Of a stretch of 64,000 nt of DNA, positions 25,996 through 37,695 are shown piece after piece; the stretch's first letter is position 1; each line of letters starts with the position of its first letter. The DNA is taken from positions 21,514,001 through 21,578,000 of the forward strand of contig CM060732.1 of the NCBI GenBank assembly GCA_030704615.1, in the 5' to 3' direction. The translations under genes were made by a program, and so were the position numbers. Under the pieces are notes generated by a model. The model saw only the letters and a program-made list of their open reading frames with translations, ran no database searches and was not told where the DNA came from. The stretch comes from Takakia lepidozioides (lineage: Eukaryota; Plantae; Bryophyta).

Positions 25996-28900
25996 GGGGT
26001 GTGGTGTCCAATGGTGACAATTGAGGTAGGACCTGGTGCAATCCCCGCACTGTCTCCTCCTCTCTGACGGTACAAAAGCCTCTACCCGCTTAGTTGCACA
26101 TGACAATCAGCAACCCGACTGCAAATCCTTGCTCGAGCCCCACAATGAGTGCTAAGACCATGGCAGGCAACTCCGCCATACCATACATGTCCTCCTGCTC
26201 TCCGGAGGGGGACACATCTCTGAATGAGTGTTGCCATCCAACAACTCTCCAGGCCAAGTCATGCAGCTGTTGAATGCCTGCTAGTGGTTGGCATCTTTGC
26301 CCTCGCTGCGGCCAACCGCAACTCTGATCCTATGAATGGGATAGGGAGCTGCACACGCCGACCCTCCCCTGACTGCCATCAGGCCTATATGAAGACTGAC
26401 TATCCTCCAAAATCCAGGGTGAAGCCCATGCGTACAACACTTCCCCACCAACAATGACATCGTACGAAACCGCGTCTGTCACAATGGCCTTGGCCCTATC
26501 ATCACTGAGCCATCTGTAGGATGATCCGGTTGTAGTCAGATAGCCAACTCATGTCGTGTCATGTCCCAAGCCTGCCCTCTGATCCTCCAGAGATGTCTAT
26601 ATCTGGAAAGCGCACGGCTCCATATCCCCTCCGTGAGGCCCAAGCCTGCAATAGCAGCTTGCCAAGCATCAATGGCTGAGCTCCCCAGTCCAACACGAGC
26701 CAACCCCGCCAGTGGCCGGTACTCTTGTCTGCCGCGTCCACTCAAACAGGAAAATATCATACTGGTTGTCTAACATGACAACTCCAGGCTGTCACCATGG
26801 CAGCCCGCTCAATGGCTGCAGCTGATAGCTCCATCAACCTGGTAGCTGCAGCTTGCCATGGACCGCCGCGTGGCAGTCTTGACCCTCACATCCGAGGATA
26901 CCCTCCGGCACTAAAACCTCACACTATCTCCGCAGAAGATGAAGTAACCTCCCAAACTCTCAAAGAGTGTGGCGGCCAGCCTGAACACCTCAGCTGGTCT
27001 TACCCCCGGCGTCGCAATTCATGGTTAGCCTGAGAACAATGCAGAGCTAGCACACAGCCGCGTGTCCGCCCCCAGCCCCAAGCACACTAGTTGCCGTACC
27101 CTTGGCCAACACTAGGTAGTGGTGCCATGCCGTGTAGCTCTCTCCATTGCATAGTAACCTCCGCCTTGGTAACAGTTGGGTGGGAACTAGGTGCCATGGA
27201 CGGCATCGACATGTCTCCGCCATGTGGAATGACTGAGGAAGCCTGGCTCTGACGGGTGCCTCTAGTGATGGAGACATAGTCAGGTGACTAATACATCTCC
27301 ACTCCTCGATCTCAACATCGTGCCCCACCTAAACTCATGGTAATCATCAATGAGCGGCCCCCTCAAGGGCTAAAACAGCCCCCATGCATGAAAGGCTAAA
27401 CAGTTGTGGATATGCGCATTGCTGCAAGTCACACCAACTATCAAACTCTTGGATAAAATCATCCAACTCAATGCGTGCCCACCGCCCCAGAGTACTTCGT
27501 GGCCCCCTTGAGTGGCTCCATACATCTCCTCCATCGTGTCCCACAACAATGCAAGGAAATAACTTGCACCGCGCGGTGTGAGTCTTCCTGATTCACAATC
27601 CGAATCAGAACTTCCGTAGAAGACACAAGAGGTGAAGGTGGCCCTAAACCGCACACCTCGTCTCGGTATACCCGCTAGTATCGCTAGTGCTCGTACCGGC
27701 ACTTTCCCCAACAACTAGTGGCACCTCCGTTGTTGACAAACTGATACTCAACCGGTCATGAACATGTCTCTAACCCCTCTCCACAAGGTAACCGGGTAGG
27801 TAGAAGACCTAATGCGGCTTATGGTTATACTAGGTTCCTAACATAGCCTGCACTTGCACCTGCATCCACCGCAGACACTCCTATGGTTGGTTGGTCATCA
27901 CCTCCAACTCACCACAGGAGAAACAAAGATGGTCGGACTGGTCATCAACCCAGCCTCACCATCGACAGCATGCTCTAGGGTGGGATCGGCGATAAAGACC
28001 GAGTCCACGACCTATGAAATCAAGCACCCACACAAAACTAGCATGGCGCACAATCAAGCATGCAGGTGTGGAGGGATCCAAACACAAGAATGAAAACAAC
28101 AACTCCCCCACACCAAAAATCTCTCCACAGTGTCGCTCCTGCAACCCAGCCAAACCGGACATGACTCTGCCTCCACCTACGGGAAGCCGTCTCGGCTACT
28201 AGCAGAGAAGGTGGAAAGTACGAGGAAGGGAAACTAGAGCAATGCCTATCCCAAGCGCCGCTCTCATCCCAACACCCTCTTTTTCCCTCTCTTCTCGCAC
28301 TTGCATGACCATGAGAGCATCCTGTAGACACTCCTCAAACCGCCCTCCACGAGCTCATGAAAATTGGCCTCCAAGGCCCCATGCAAGCCTCCACAGGGTC
28401 TGTAGTGCCTCCTTACGTCCACCAGTCATTCCTCAGAATGGAACCACCTCAGGAAACCACGCCGTTCACTGAAGGGTTGAAAAATGAGCAAATAGGATGT
28501 ACATATAGGCCCCAACAACATTCTGTCAAAGGAATACCTGCAGGTTGGTCTCCCCATAGTTAAGAAACTGCGCTGAAAACCCGAAAAGATTACCGTAGGG
28601 AAAGTAATCCCCTTTGTTAAAACGACAACAGGGAGGCCAATCCGACTTTTCTGCCAGATCAGCTAGCTCAAAACCGTTGTTTCAGAGCCCAGCCTCCCCA
28701 TCAAGTCCACGAAGATTTTTTGGTTTTTTATTTTTATTTATTTTTATTTTATTTATTTTTTCACTCTAACTGTTCGCGGCCTTCCGTGGCTCCAACCTGA
28801 CCCCCACGACTCCTCACGCCGCCCTAGGCACTCGTTGGCCAAGGGCTGCCCAGTGATACCCCGTGGTTACTACTCCCACGAAGACCTTCACGGCCGCCAT

Positions 28901-29912
28901 CCCCACGATCTGCTCACCGTGCCCCACCCGTTGTATCCGCACCACGACTTCCAACGGTCACAGTCAACGGTCAAGGTCAACATCACGACCTGGATCGTCG
29001 GATTATCTCGTGATACCGCCCCAACGGCCCATCACGACCACTATCCCTGCGATCCCTGGAACTCCCAACAAGTTCCCATGCGTTCCCGAGGTGTTCCCGA
29101 CGTTTCCACGCGTTCCCGAGTTGGGTTTGCTCCTGCACCTGCTGCCGAAGAGCTATGACTTCTTTACAAACTTGGCATGCACATGCACTTCTCATGCATC
29201 TCCCTTGGCTCTAGGGCGCCTCGTTGTTGCCCTTCCAGCCCCGCTCTTGCCCACTCCAGAGCCTTACCTCGCTGAGTTTCAGATTGAAACTCCAACTCAA
29301 CACATGTTTCACAAGTGCACTGATTTGCAACAATAGGGACCAGCCCCCTCTCTTCACTCATACCTCTCATGAGCTTGCGAGCTGAAGCAGCCTTCCAACG
29401 CGGCTGCGATGCATCTCCTCGCAGCTCCACCATTCGGTTGTTCCTCATCTACCCCAACTGATTTCGGGCAGAAATACTTGGAGCTGATCATGTCATCTCC
29501 AATACTGCAACATGTTAGCTTCCATGCGCAGCCCCCACATTTCTGCAGCTCCTTACCCGGCCTGCTGCTGAAGAAGACGACCACCAGTTTGTCCACTCGT
29601 GGCCAACATCTCCTCCGCTTCACACTAGAAGCCCAAACTTGGTTGCCATAGCGTTGAGCTATGCACGCCGCTCCTCTTCAACATAGGCTACTCGCCACCT
29701 CCTATCTATTGCAAACCTGCACCTGTTCGCCTTTGCACTCTATCCACTTGGATAGGGCCTCGATGCACGGATCCTTGCACTCTAGGCTGACACTGCTTTC
29801 ATGTTATCTGAAAACATAAGTGCTACAAACTAACTCGAACCCTGGCACTAACAGACTCGAGCTCATCTTTCTCGAGTGATAGGAAAGGAATAATACAAGC
29901 ATTACAACGCTC

Positions 29913-30200
29913 TCTCAAACTCACACACTCGCCACATGAAAACATCACTCATATATTAAGTCGAGCAAGTGACCCCACGCCATGGGAATCCACACTACGG
30001 CACGCATAGCTAGACGCGGTGAGGACTCAACTCGAGAAAGATGAGCCCCACCGCGGTCTGACCCCGTGTGAAGATAACAACGCCAGTGCCCAAACATGTA
30101 TATGGCCCCTGGATGGACACTTGGGTCAATCCCAAATGTCAATATATAAAAGCTAGCTATTTCCTAGCTAACTTCACACCAGTGGTAAAATAACTCGACA
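29913..30200 (-). repeat. Repeat A, 5' terminal copy (begins TG)
   Basis: Direct repeat of 21893-22176; minus strand starts tgtcgagtta. Confidence 0.9.
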
Positions 30201-32000
30201 CCTTTTTTGTATAGGAGGATGGTGTGGCTATGTTTCCAGGATGAGGGGATACGGCGGAGATGGTAGCAGAGTTGCAAGAATTTGAATAGGAGTGAGTGAA
30301 AATGTTGGGGTGGTGTAGGGAGGGGCAGTGAAGAGACAGGTAGTGGAGAGAACCCCGGTAGGGGGGTAATAGCCTTGAGTGTGGCTACAAGTATGTCTTT
30401 GGAGAGGAAGGGGAATTTGTTAATGGTGTCAAGGGGATCTGGATCGGGGGTGGTTAGGGTAGCTAAATGATCTCCCAAAATTTTATGAACGGTACGGTAC
30501 CCGGTTGGGATTGTAGCAGGTTGAGGGATGAGTGAAGCGTGGAAAACTGGTGTGGGGGGGCTACGTAGTTGTGAGGGAGTGGTGGGAGGCTTTTTAGTTT
30601 GTGAAGAAGGCGCAGTCGGGAGAGAGAGTGGGAGTGGAGAAATCCATTACAAGTATCAGGCAGAGGTGAGATAAGGGTTATAAGGGCGAAGAGGAGGTGG
30701 TTTTGCAGGGAGGCTTGGAGTTTTTGCAAGGCTCTAGAGAGGGTAGGACAGGGGTTACGGGGTAAGCCAAATGTGGTGATATGAGGGGGGGGGGGGGGGA
30801 GGATGTGTAGGGGGGTTTAATGGGAAGAAGGGTGTGAAATGGTCAGAGATGTGTCTGTAGTTGTTCATGAATGATAGAGTGTTTGGTTGAAAGTATAATG
30901 CATTTCTTTCTTGTGTGTATGTGGGGAGTTCTTTAATAATTTCACTAATGGTGAGTGATATAGGATTTGGATGTATGTCACCGCATCTGAGGAGTAGGAG
31001 GGCTGAGCAGGTATCCATGTATGCATTGTCCGAGTTGGGGAGGTGATGGTAGTAGTGTTTGGACTAGCCCGGGCGGATGGGACATCGGTCCGGGGGGTCA
31101 CAAGTTATGAGGTGGAACTGGGGGCTATTTGGAGAAATGTGGTATTGTGCATGGGGAGGATATGGAGCGTGGGTAGAAGAGGTAGAGAGATTTGGGGAGA
31201 AGGAGGTGGGAGAGTGGGGGAACAAGTGGGGTGGGTGGATGACGTGTGCTCGGTGGCCTGGGGAAGCGAGGCGGGGGGGCTAGGATCCCAGGCTGGGGGG
31301 AGGTGTCGCATGGGCATGGGGGTTTTATTTGGCGTTGCGGGGAGCGTGGGTTGGGTGAGTGGGTGGGCATGGATGGACGTGGGTATGAATGAAAAGATCT
31401 GTGATGATATACGATGAGAAAGAAAGGGGGTATGTGGAGTGGATGGATGAGGATGAAAGAGATCGTGAGGAACGAACCTGGTAGTGCATAGGGATGAACG
31501 TGGCAGCAAATTGAGCAGAAGCGGGCGTGGAGGTATGCGGTGAGGGGGGTGGGTGGTGGAGGGTAAAATAGGTATTGAGATGGGCGAGTATGAGATAATT
31601 TTGTGATATGTGTGTTATATGTGTAGTGAAGAGAGAGGGCAGACTGTTGTGCGAGGGTTTGTGAGTTGGGCATCCAAGGTGTGGGATTGTTTCACACGCA
31701 GAGAGTCTCTAGTGCAGTGGGATTTGTGATAGATAGTTGGTAGATGACAGATGATATGCATTCGGGAGGGGACATGGATGAAAGTATTAATGAAGGTTTT
31801 TGTAAGAGCCAATTGTTTCACGCACAGCGAGTCTCTGGTGCACTAGGATCTGTGATAGGATGTAATTGATAGAAGATGGATGATATGCCTCCAAAAGGAG
31901 ACGAGTACCATAGTGACGGTAAGGGATTTTGTAAAATCATTGTATGAGAATGATCACGGTGTAGAATTGTTTTGAATGAGAACAAAGGGTGAAGATCATG
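30201..32000 (-). mobile_element. 5' part of the Dualen-like LINE (RT N-terminus and upstream region)
   Basis: RRIPSSWKHSHTILLYKKG continues into DP..RPISLA at 21604; same C/A-rich composition as 19350-21609; upstream boundary approximate. Confidence 0.7.
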
Positions 32001-32040
32001 GTGTGAAATTGTTTGGAAATAGTATGGATAGTAGTAGAGT

Positions 32041-32146
32041 GAGGTAGCATTTTCCTGAGGTAACATTTTTCCGAGGTAGCATTTTCCCGAGGTAACATTT
32101 TCCCAAAGGTAGCATTTTCCAAAGGTAGCATTTTTCTGAGGTAGCC
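32041..32146. repeat. Minisatellite, ~16-17 bp unit (aggtarcattttccy), about 6.5 copies
   Basis: gaggtagcattttcct / gaggtaacatttttcc / aaaggtagcattttcc repeated. Confidence 0.9.
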
Positions 32147-32244
32147 AGTAGCTCCGAATATCAGAAAGAGAGTGGTAGTGTATTGAGTGGCAGTCATTCG
32201 AGAAATAACATTTATGAGAATTGAGTAGGAGCATGGAGTAAAAA

Positions 32245-34320
32245 TCATTGTGTAAAATTGTTTGGAATTGAGAGAGCCAGTGTACCCCAAGTAGCTTGGG
32301 GAGAGGAGACCAAGAGTGCTGACTGGTCCACGCTTGGAAAATAGCCTGCTTGAGAGTTGTACTTTCCTCGAGTTAAATTCGCAGGAATGCTCATTCTATG
32401 CAATTGTGCCTGCAGGAGGTTGGAACGCCACATGTGATTAGTGAGTAGTCCATAGCACAACAACTGTAAATCATGGAGGGGACTCATCGAATATGGATTC
32501 AGAGGCCAGTTGACCAGAAAGAAAGAAGGGAGCGACCACAGAGATGATGTGAGGTGAGAGGGTTCCCTGTAAGTCAGAGGACGCTGGGGTAGCGGGGAAT
32601 TCATTTGCTGTTTATGGGAGGACGCCAAGGTGGTGGGGTAGGTAGGAGCAGCGCTGGGCAAAGCCTCCATACCACGTCCCTGCCATGCAGAACCTGCAAG
32701 CATCGCATTCCACGACACCCCATCTCGTTCAGCCAGGGTGTCAAACACTCCCTTTGCATCCTCGATGCACTCACATTTTGCAGACATGTCCACCAGGGCA
32801 TTGTTCATAATGACAGTTGGTACAATTCCAGCTCTGAAGATGTCGCCATGGACGTCTTTGCCCTTTTCCAGATCTGCCAAGGCAATGTGCATAGTGACAT
32901 TTGGTACAACTACAGCAACGCCTGCAGGGAAGGCATTCCACGCCGCCAACTCTCGTTCAACCATAGTGTCAAACACTTCCTTTGCATCCTCGATGCACCC
33001 ACATTTTGCATACATGTCCACCAGGGCATTGTTCAGAGTGACAGCTGGTACAATTCCAGCTCTGAAGATGTCGCCATGGAGCTTATTGCCCTTATCCAGA
33101 TATGTCGGGGCAGTGTGCAGAATGGCATTTGGTACAACTACATCAAAACATTTTGCATACATGTCCACCAGGATATTGTTCAGGATGATAGTTGGTACGG
33201 TTCCAGCTCTGGAGATGTCGCCTTGGGCCTCTTTGCCCTTTTCTAGATGTGCCAGGGCAGTGTGCAGAATGACATTAGGTACAGCTACAACAGAACTTGC
33301 AAGCATCGCATTCCATGACACCATATTGTTCAGAGTGACAGTTGGTACAATTCCAGCTCTGAAGATGTCGCCATGGACCACTTTGCCCTTTCCCAGATCT
33401 GCCAGGGCAGTGTGTAGAGTGGCATTTGGAACAACTACAGCACCACCTGCAGGCATCACATTCCACGGCACCAAACCACGTTCAGCCATAGTGTCAAACA
33501 CTCCCTTAGCATCCTCGATGCACCCACAATTTGAACCGGAGACCTTTCCCTTGATATCTCTCATCTCGAGGCTCCAACCATTGTCCCAGGAATTCCACTT
33601 TGCTGTTTTTCCCATGACAGTTGGTACAATTTCAGCTCTGAAGATGTCGCCATGGACCTCTTTGCCCTTTCCCAGATCTGCCAGGGCAGGGTGTAGAGTG
33701 ACATTTGGTACAACTACAGCAACACCTGCAGGCATCGCATTCCACGACACCAAATCACGTTCAGCCATAGAGTCAAACATTCCCTTTGCATCCTCGATGC
33801 ATCCACATTTTGCATACATGTCTATCAGGGTATTATTCAGTATGACAGTTGGTACAATTCCAGCTCTGAAGATGTCGCCATGGACCTCATTGCCCATTTC
33901 CAGGTCTGCCAGGGCAGTGTGCAGAGCGACATTTGGTACAACTACAGCAAAATCTTTAAGCATCACATTCCACGATACCATATCTCGTTCAGCCATAGTG
34001 TCAAACACTCCCTTTGCATCCACGATGCACCCGCATTTTGCATACATGTCCGCCAGGGTATTGTTCAGAGTGACAGTTGGTACAATTCCAGCTCTGTAGA
34101 TGTTGCCATGGGCCTCATTGCCCTTGTCCAAATCTGCCAGGGTAGTGTGCAGAATGACATTTGGTACAGCTGCAGCAGAATCTTCAAGCCTCGCATTCCA
34201 CGACACCGTATCTTGTTCAGCCATAGTGTCAAACATTCCCTTTGCATCCTCGATGCACCCACATTTTGCATACAAGTCCACCAGGGTATTGTTCAGAATG
34301 AAAGTTGGTACAATTCCAGC
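32245..34320 (-). CDS. Tandemly amplified, internally deleted PLS-type PPR ORF (678 aa open; ~7.5 units of 76 aa)
   Basis: Repeated MYAKCGCIEDAKGVFDTMAERDxVSWNAM..VPN..LADLEKGKEVHGDIFRAGIVPTVxLNNxLVD at 228-bp period; no ATG start seen, no E/DYW domain. Confidence 0.7.
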   Translation of the reverse strand, partial: AGIVPTFILNNTLVDLYAKCGCIEDAKGMFDTMAEQDTVSWNARLEDSAAAVPNVILHTTLADLDKGNEAHGNIYRAGIVPTVTLNNTLADMYAKCGCIVDAKGVFDTMAERDMVSWNVMLKDFAVVVPNVALHTALADLEMGNEVHGDIFRAGIVPTVILNNTLIDMYAKCGCIEDAKGMFDSMAERDLVSWNAMPAGVAVVVPNVTLHPALADLGKGKEVHGDIFRAEIVPTVMGKTAKWNSWDNGWSLEMRDIKGKVSGSNCGCIEDAKGVFDTMAERGLVPWNVMPAGGAVVVPNATLHTALADLGKGKVVHGDIFRAGIVPTVTLNNMVSWNAMLASSVVAVPNVILHTALAHLEKGKEAQGDISRAGTVPTIILNNILVDMYAKCFDVVVPNAILHTAPTYLDKGNKLHGDIFRAGIVPAVTLNNALVDMYAKCGCIEDAKEVFDTMVERELAAWNAFPAGVAVVVPNVTMHIALADLEKGKDVHGDIFRAGIVPTVIMNNALVDMSAKCECIEDAKGVFDTLAERDGVSWNAMLAGSAWQGRGMEALPSAAPTYPTTLASSHKQQMNSPLPQRPLTYREPSHLTSSLWSLPSFFLVNWPLNPYSMSPLHDLQLLCYGLLTNHMWRSNLLQAQLHRMSIPANLTRGKYNSQAGYFPSVDQSALLVSSPQATWGTLALSIPNNFTQ

Positions 34321-34399
34321 GTTCCTGGTAATTAGGAGTCATTTATAAGTAGGGGAGCTCATGGGATCAAGCAAGACGACAGTGAGAGGGGGTGTCACA

Positions 34400-36040
34400 T
34401 CAGTGGGTGAAGGACGGGGGCTTAGAAAGAGAGAAAAGGACGAAGTAAACACTGATTGGTGGGAGGGGGTAGAGGGCTTCCTGTGTATAAGTGGGTGCCG
34501 TGATGATAGAAATTCGAGCAGAGGCTGCTTTTGCAGCTTCATCCCGGGCACTGGGCCTGTACCATGAACGTCGGGGGTGTAGAGCTTGCAAAGGACATCC
34601 TGGTTGCGGAGCCAGCCAGTCCCGAGAAACCAGCCAGATCGCATCTTCCGGGCTGGTACATCCTGGTTGTGGAGAAACATGTGGAAGGAGAGGATCAGAA
34701 GAACTAGAGTGGTTGAGAGGCCAGATGCTAGAAATGGAGCCTTCCACAATGCTGTGTTGCTTGAGATAGAAAGCTGCTCGAATGTGAGGGCAAAGTTGCA
34801 GATTGAGAATGTCGAGCGGAGGCCATGCGCCGGGTGCATAGGGAGCACTCATGTCGCTGATTTTTGCCTTTGCAGTATGCACCCACGCTTCCTTCTTGTC
34901 GATTTGAACTTTTAACTTCAATACATCCTTTTTTGAGGGCAGATCGGTCGCATTCAGGCCTGCAATCTGTTGTGATTGAATTCTGCTTACCTCTGAGCCA
35001 ATCTCAGGGGGAATCCATGAGACCACATTTTTGTGAGCCCTACTATCAAACACTTGGTGCGCAGCCTTCATATTTCCACACTTTACATACATGTCAGTAA
35101 GGGCAATCTTCAGAATAACATCTCCTGCAATTCTAGCTTTCAGGATGTTGGCATGGACCTCGTTGCCCTTTTCCTGATTCAGCTCAGCCAATTCAGCCTC
35201 CAAAATATCAACTATATCTCCAACAACTTTCAGTTGTGATTGGAGCATGGTCAGCAGTCCATCATGCTCCAAAAATCTGTCATTCAACACATTTGCACTG
35301 TCCTCATGATGAGCTGCCCTATCCTCTGCAGGCTTGGCAGCCGATCTGAGTCCATCTTTTCTCGCATGTAGGGTTTGTAGTTCCTGTTCCAGCTCAGCCA
35401 TTCTGGCATATAATACCAGTCCAGCTTTGATGATGCTAATATGGGCCTCCTTGCCCTTTTCCTGGGCTGCCAGGCTCGTACATGCATTGCAAGCGCCAAC
35501 AAATGTGATGCGGTTGGGCTTCATCCCTTCCCGCAGTACCATTTGCCCGTATGTCTCCAAAGCATTCTTACACCCATGCTTGGTAAAGCCTGCCATTGTT
35601 ATATTCCACGTAACTAGAACTCGTTCAGGCATTCTTTTGAAGACTTGGTGTGCAGCCATGATAATCTTTCCAGTTTGCAGGCCTTGTATCTTGATGCACT
35701 TATACAAGAGACAGACATAAGTATGTGAATCTGCAGAAATGCCTCCTTCGCTCGAAATCTGTAGAGCCTCTGTCAGTTGCCCTGCCTCACAGAGGGTCCT
35801 CACATGCCCGGAAGTGCCAAGAGTATGGCAGACTCCCTCTCTTGGTCCTCTTTCCGAAGCTATGGTCAGGGTGGAGGGGCCTGATTTTATCAACTGTGCG
35901 GCTGCCACTGCTTCCAGTTGACCATGTACGGTAGTCTCTAAAGTAATAACCAGCAGCCTGTTGTGGACGATCACTTCCGATGTGAGAGAATCAGACACAA
36001 CCCGCCAATGAGGTGATGTGGTGGGGCCTCTAAACCACAA
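34400..36040 (-). CDS. Mosaic ORF (546 aa) of PPR segments interleaved with coiled-coil and unrelated segments
   Basis: LCEAGQLTEAL, VTWNITMAGF..GMKPNRITFVGACNAC..KGKEAH and ALTDMYVKCGNMKAAHQVFD..NVVSW are separated by non-PPR blocks. Confidence 0.55.
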   Translation of the reverse strand: MWFRGPTTSPHWRVVSDSLTSEVIVHNRLLVITLETTVHGQLEAVAAAQLIKSGPSTLTIASERGPREGVCHTLGTSGHVRTLCEAGQLTEALQISSEGGISADSHTYVCLLYKCIKIQGLQTGKIIMAAHQVFKRMPERVLVTWNITMAGFTKHGCKNALETYGQMVLREGMKPNRITFVGACNACTSLAAQEKGKEAHISIIKAGLVLYARMAELEQELQTLHARKDGLRSAAKPAEDRAAHHEDSANVLNDRFLEHDGLLTMLQSQLKVVGDIVDILEAELAELNQEKGNEVHANILKARIAGDVILKIALTDMYVKCGNMKAAHQVFDSRAHKNVVSWIPPEIGSEVSRIQSQQIAGLNATDLPSKKDVLKLKVQIDKKEAWVHTAKAKISDMSAPYAPGAWPPLDILNLQLCPHIRAAFYLKQHSIVEGSISSIWPLNHSSSSDPLLPHVSPQPGCTSPEDAIWLVSRDWLAPQPGCPLQALHPRRSWYRPSARDEAAKAASARISIITAPTYTQEALYPLPPISVYFVLFSLSKPPSFTH

Positions 36041-37695
36041 CCATGTGAAACCACAATCATGGCAGAAAGGGTAGTCACCAGATTGAAATCATTGGAGGGC
36101 AATGCATTGGCAATGCATGTCGCTGTTCTTTGCACCGGCATTGCATGCCACCATGCATATCTGCGCAAACTCATTCCTCCAAGAGCTTTCCGCTGCAAGA
36201 GTGTGCCCGTGCATGCCAGATCTGCAAAGTGCAGTGTGGGGACACACTCCACCATGTATTGCATGAAAACAGAATAAATATTGGAGTTGGGCACCCAGCC
36301 ATTACACCCCTGAGTTCCCCCTGAAGATGACAGTTGAGCTGTGCATGTGTGGTGCCGTGGGGTATGTGGTGGGAGTTTTTTGAGTTGCATCATTTTCTTG
36401 GACAAGGTTTGCCATTTGCCCCACCTGTGATTCAGGCTCCTGTACTCTTTCATGTCCCAGTTGTGCTGTCATTGTTTTGGAGTCCACCAAACTCTCCTCT
36501 TGACTTTGCCAATCTCTGTATTACAGCACCATACTGGGCCTCAGCAGTACCAGTTCTCTCTTGCAGAGCCACCAATTTCTCATGCAGTTCCAAGGCAACA
36601 CTATCTAGTGAATATTTGAACAGACAGGAGGAGAGTGCATGGGTGTAGCACCTGAAACATCCGTAATGGGCCCATAACAAAGAAGGAGTGAAGACCTGAT
36701 GTTGGGATGTCGCCTTGGTATTACAACATGTAGCTAGTTGGAGATGGTGTGAGGTGAGGGAAGTTACGGTGATCGAGCTCCATCTCCTCACGTAGGTAGC
36801 CTCTGAAGTCAGATTCGTCGGTTGAAGGTCAGAAGGGCCAGAGATAGGGGTGAAGCCTCCGAGCTCGCCAAGGTGCTGTCGTGAGCCAAAAAGTAGGTAG
36901 CACTCGGTTCAAGAAGGCCTGAAGTGTTGTCTATATGCTTGCCTCCGGAGGCTGCGATAGTCCGGAAGCGGAGGCTGCAAGGGTGGAGTAGTCCGTAATG
37001 AAAAGAAGTCACCCCGCATTCGAAGTGATAGCAGTGAAACATAAAGGTTGTGAAACTGCCGACATGCAATCGCTTGGAGGAACCATAAGGGTAGAGAACC
37101 CTCATACTTTCAAGATCGCCACTTGAGATAATGAATATGCTGTGCGTGGGGGCGGTAGTAACCTCCCCGTTGTGAGTACAGATCGTCATTGGGTGCTCAA
37201 GGGAGAGGCGCCGCCCCGAGGTCTTCTAGGACACACTATAGAGCTCGCTGGCAGCCTGAACTGGTCGATGGTAAAGATGTGTCGCCTTAGGGATATCAAT
37301 TGCGGGGCTCCAAGCTTGATACAGAGAGGGGAGATGGGAGATATCCCAACTGAGTAGCTTGGTGTCGTAGCACACAGAGGACTCCAGGGACGCGGCTTGA
37401 GCATGCAGACGGGTGGACAGCCGATTGTGAACAGCCATTGAAAACAAGAGGATAAGAAAACAACAGGAGAGAACTATGGAAAGATAGCTTAAACGGAGCA
37501 TTGAAAAGAGGTTGATCTTTCTGAGCATGTAGAAGGAAGAAGAGCAGCAAGGCAGCTGCATAGCTACGCGACGAGCTGGAGCTCGCGCCATGGTGGCTGC
37601 CGTAGCTAGAAGAAAGTAAGGGTTAGAGTAGCGGCATTGCTAAACATTGAGAAAAATGAGACTACAAGACCGGTAAGATGGCAGGCCCCTAAATA

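Larger units (their letters stand above)
21610..30200 (-). mobile_element. Gypsy-type retrotransposon with split direct repeats: gag-PR-C5 DNA methyltransferase-(deleted RT/RH)-INT-PHD
   Basis: Inserted in the LINE RT at YKKG|DP with TSD cctt(t) at 21605 and 30201; repeat A at 29913-30200 and 21893-22176; repeat B at ~21610-21830 and ~22177-22430; gag (LDDFIQEFDSWCDLQQ ~27400), protease (LDWGAQPLMLGK ~26680), integrase (HEEL..FGVRRT, QGREFLGEF, SRDHPEADGLAER, DHVRNCAPCHL), PHD ~22720-22850. Confidence 0.88.

Noticed and set aside
21610-30200. DIRS/Ngaro tyrosine-recombinase element suggested by the split repeats
   Set aside because: Encodes a DDE integrase and has a TSD; no YR motifs seen
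32738-34099. 453-aa plus-strand ORF
   Set aside because: Antisense shadow of the repetitive PPR array; no independent features
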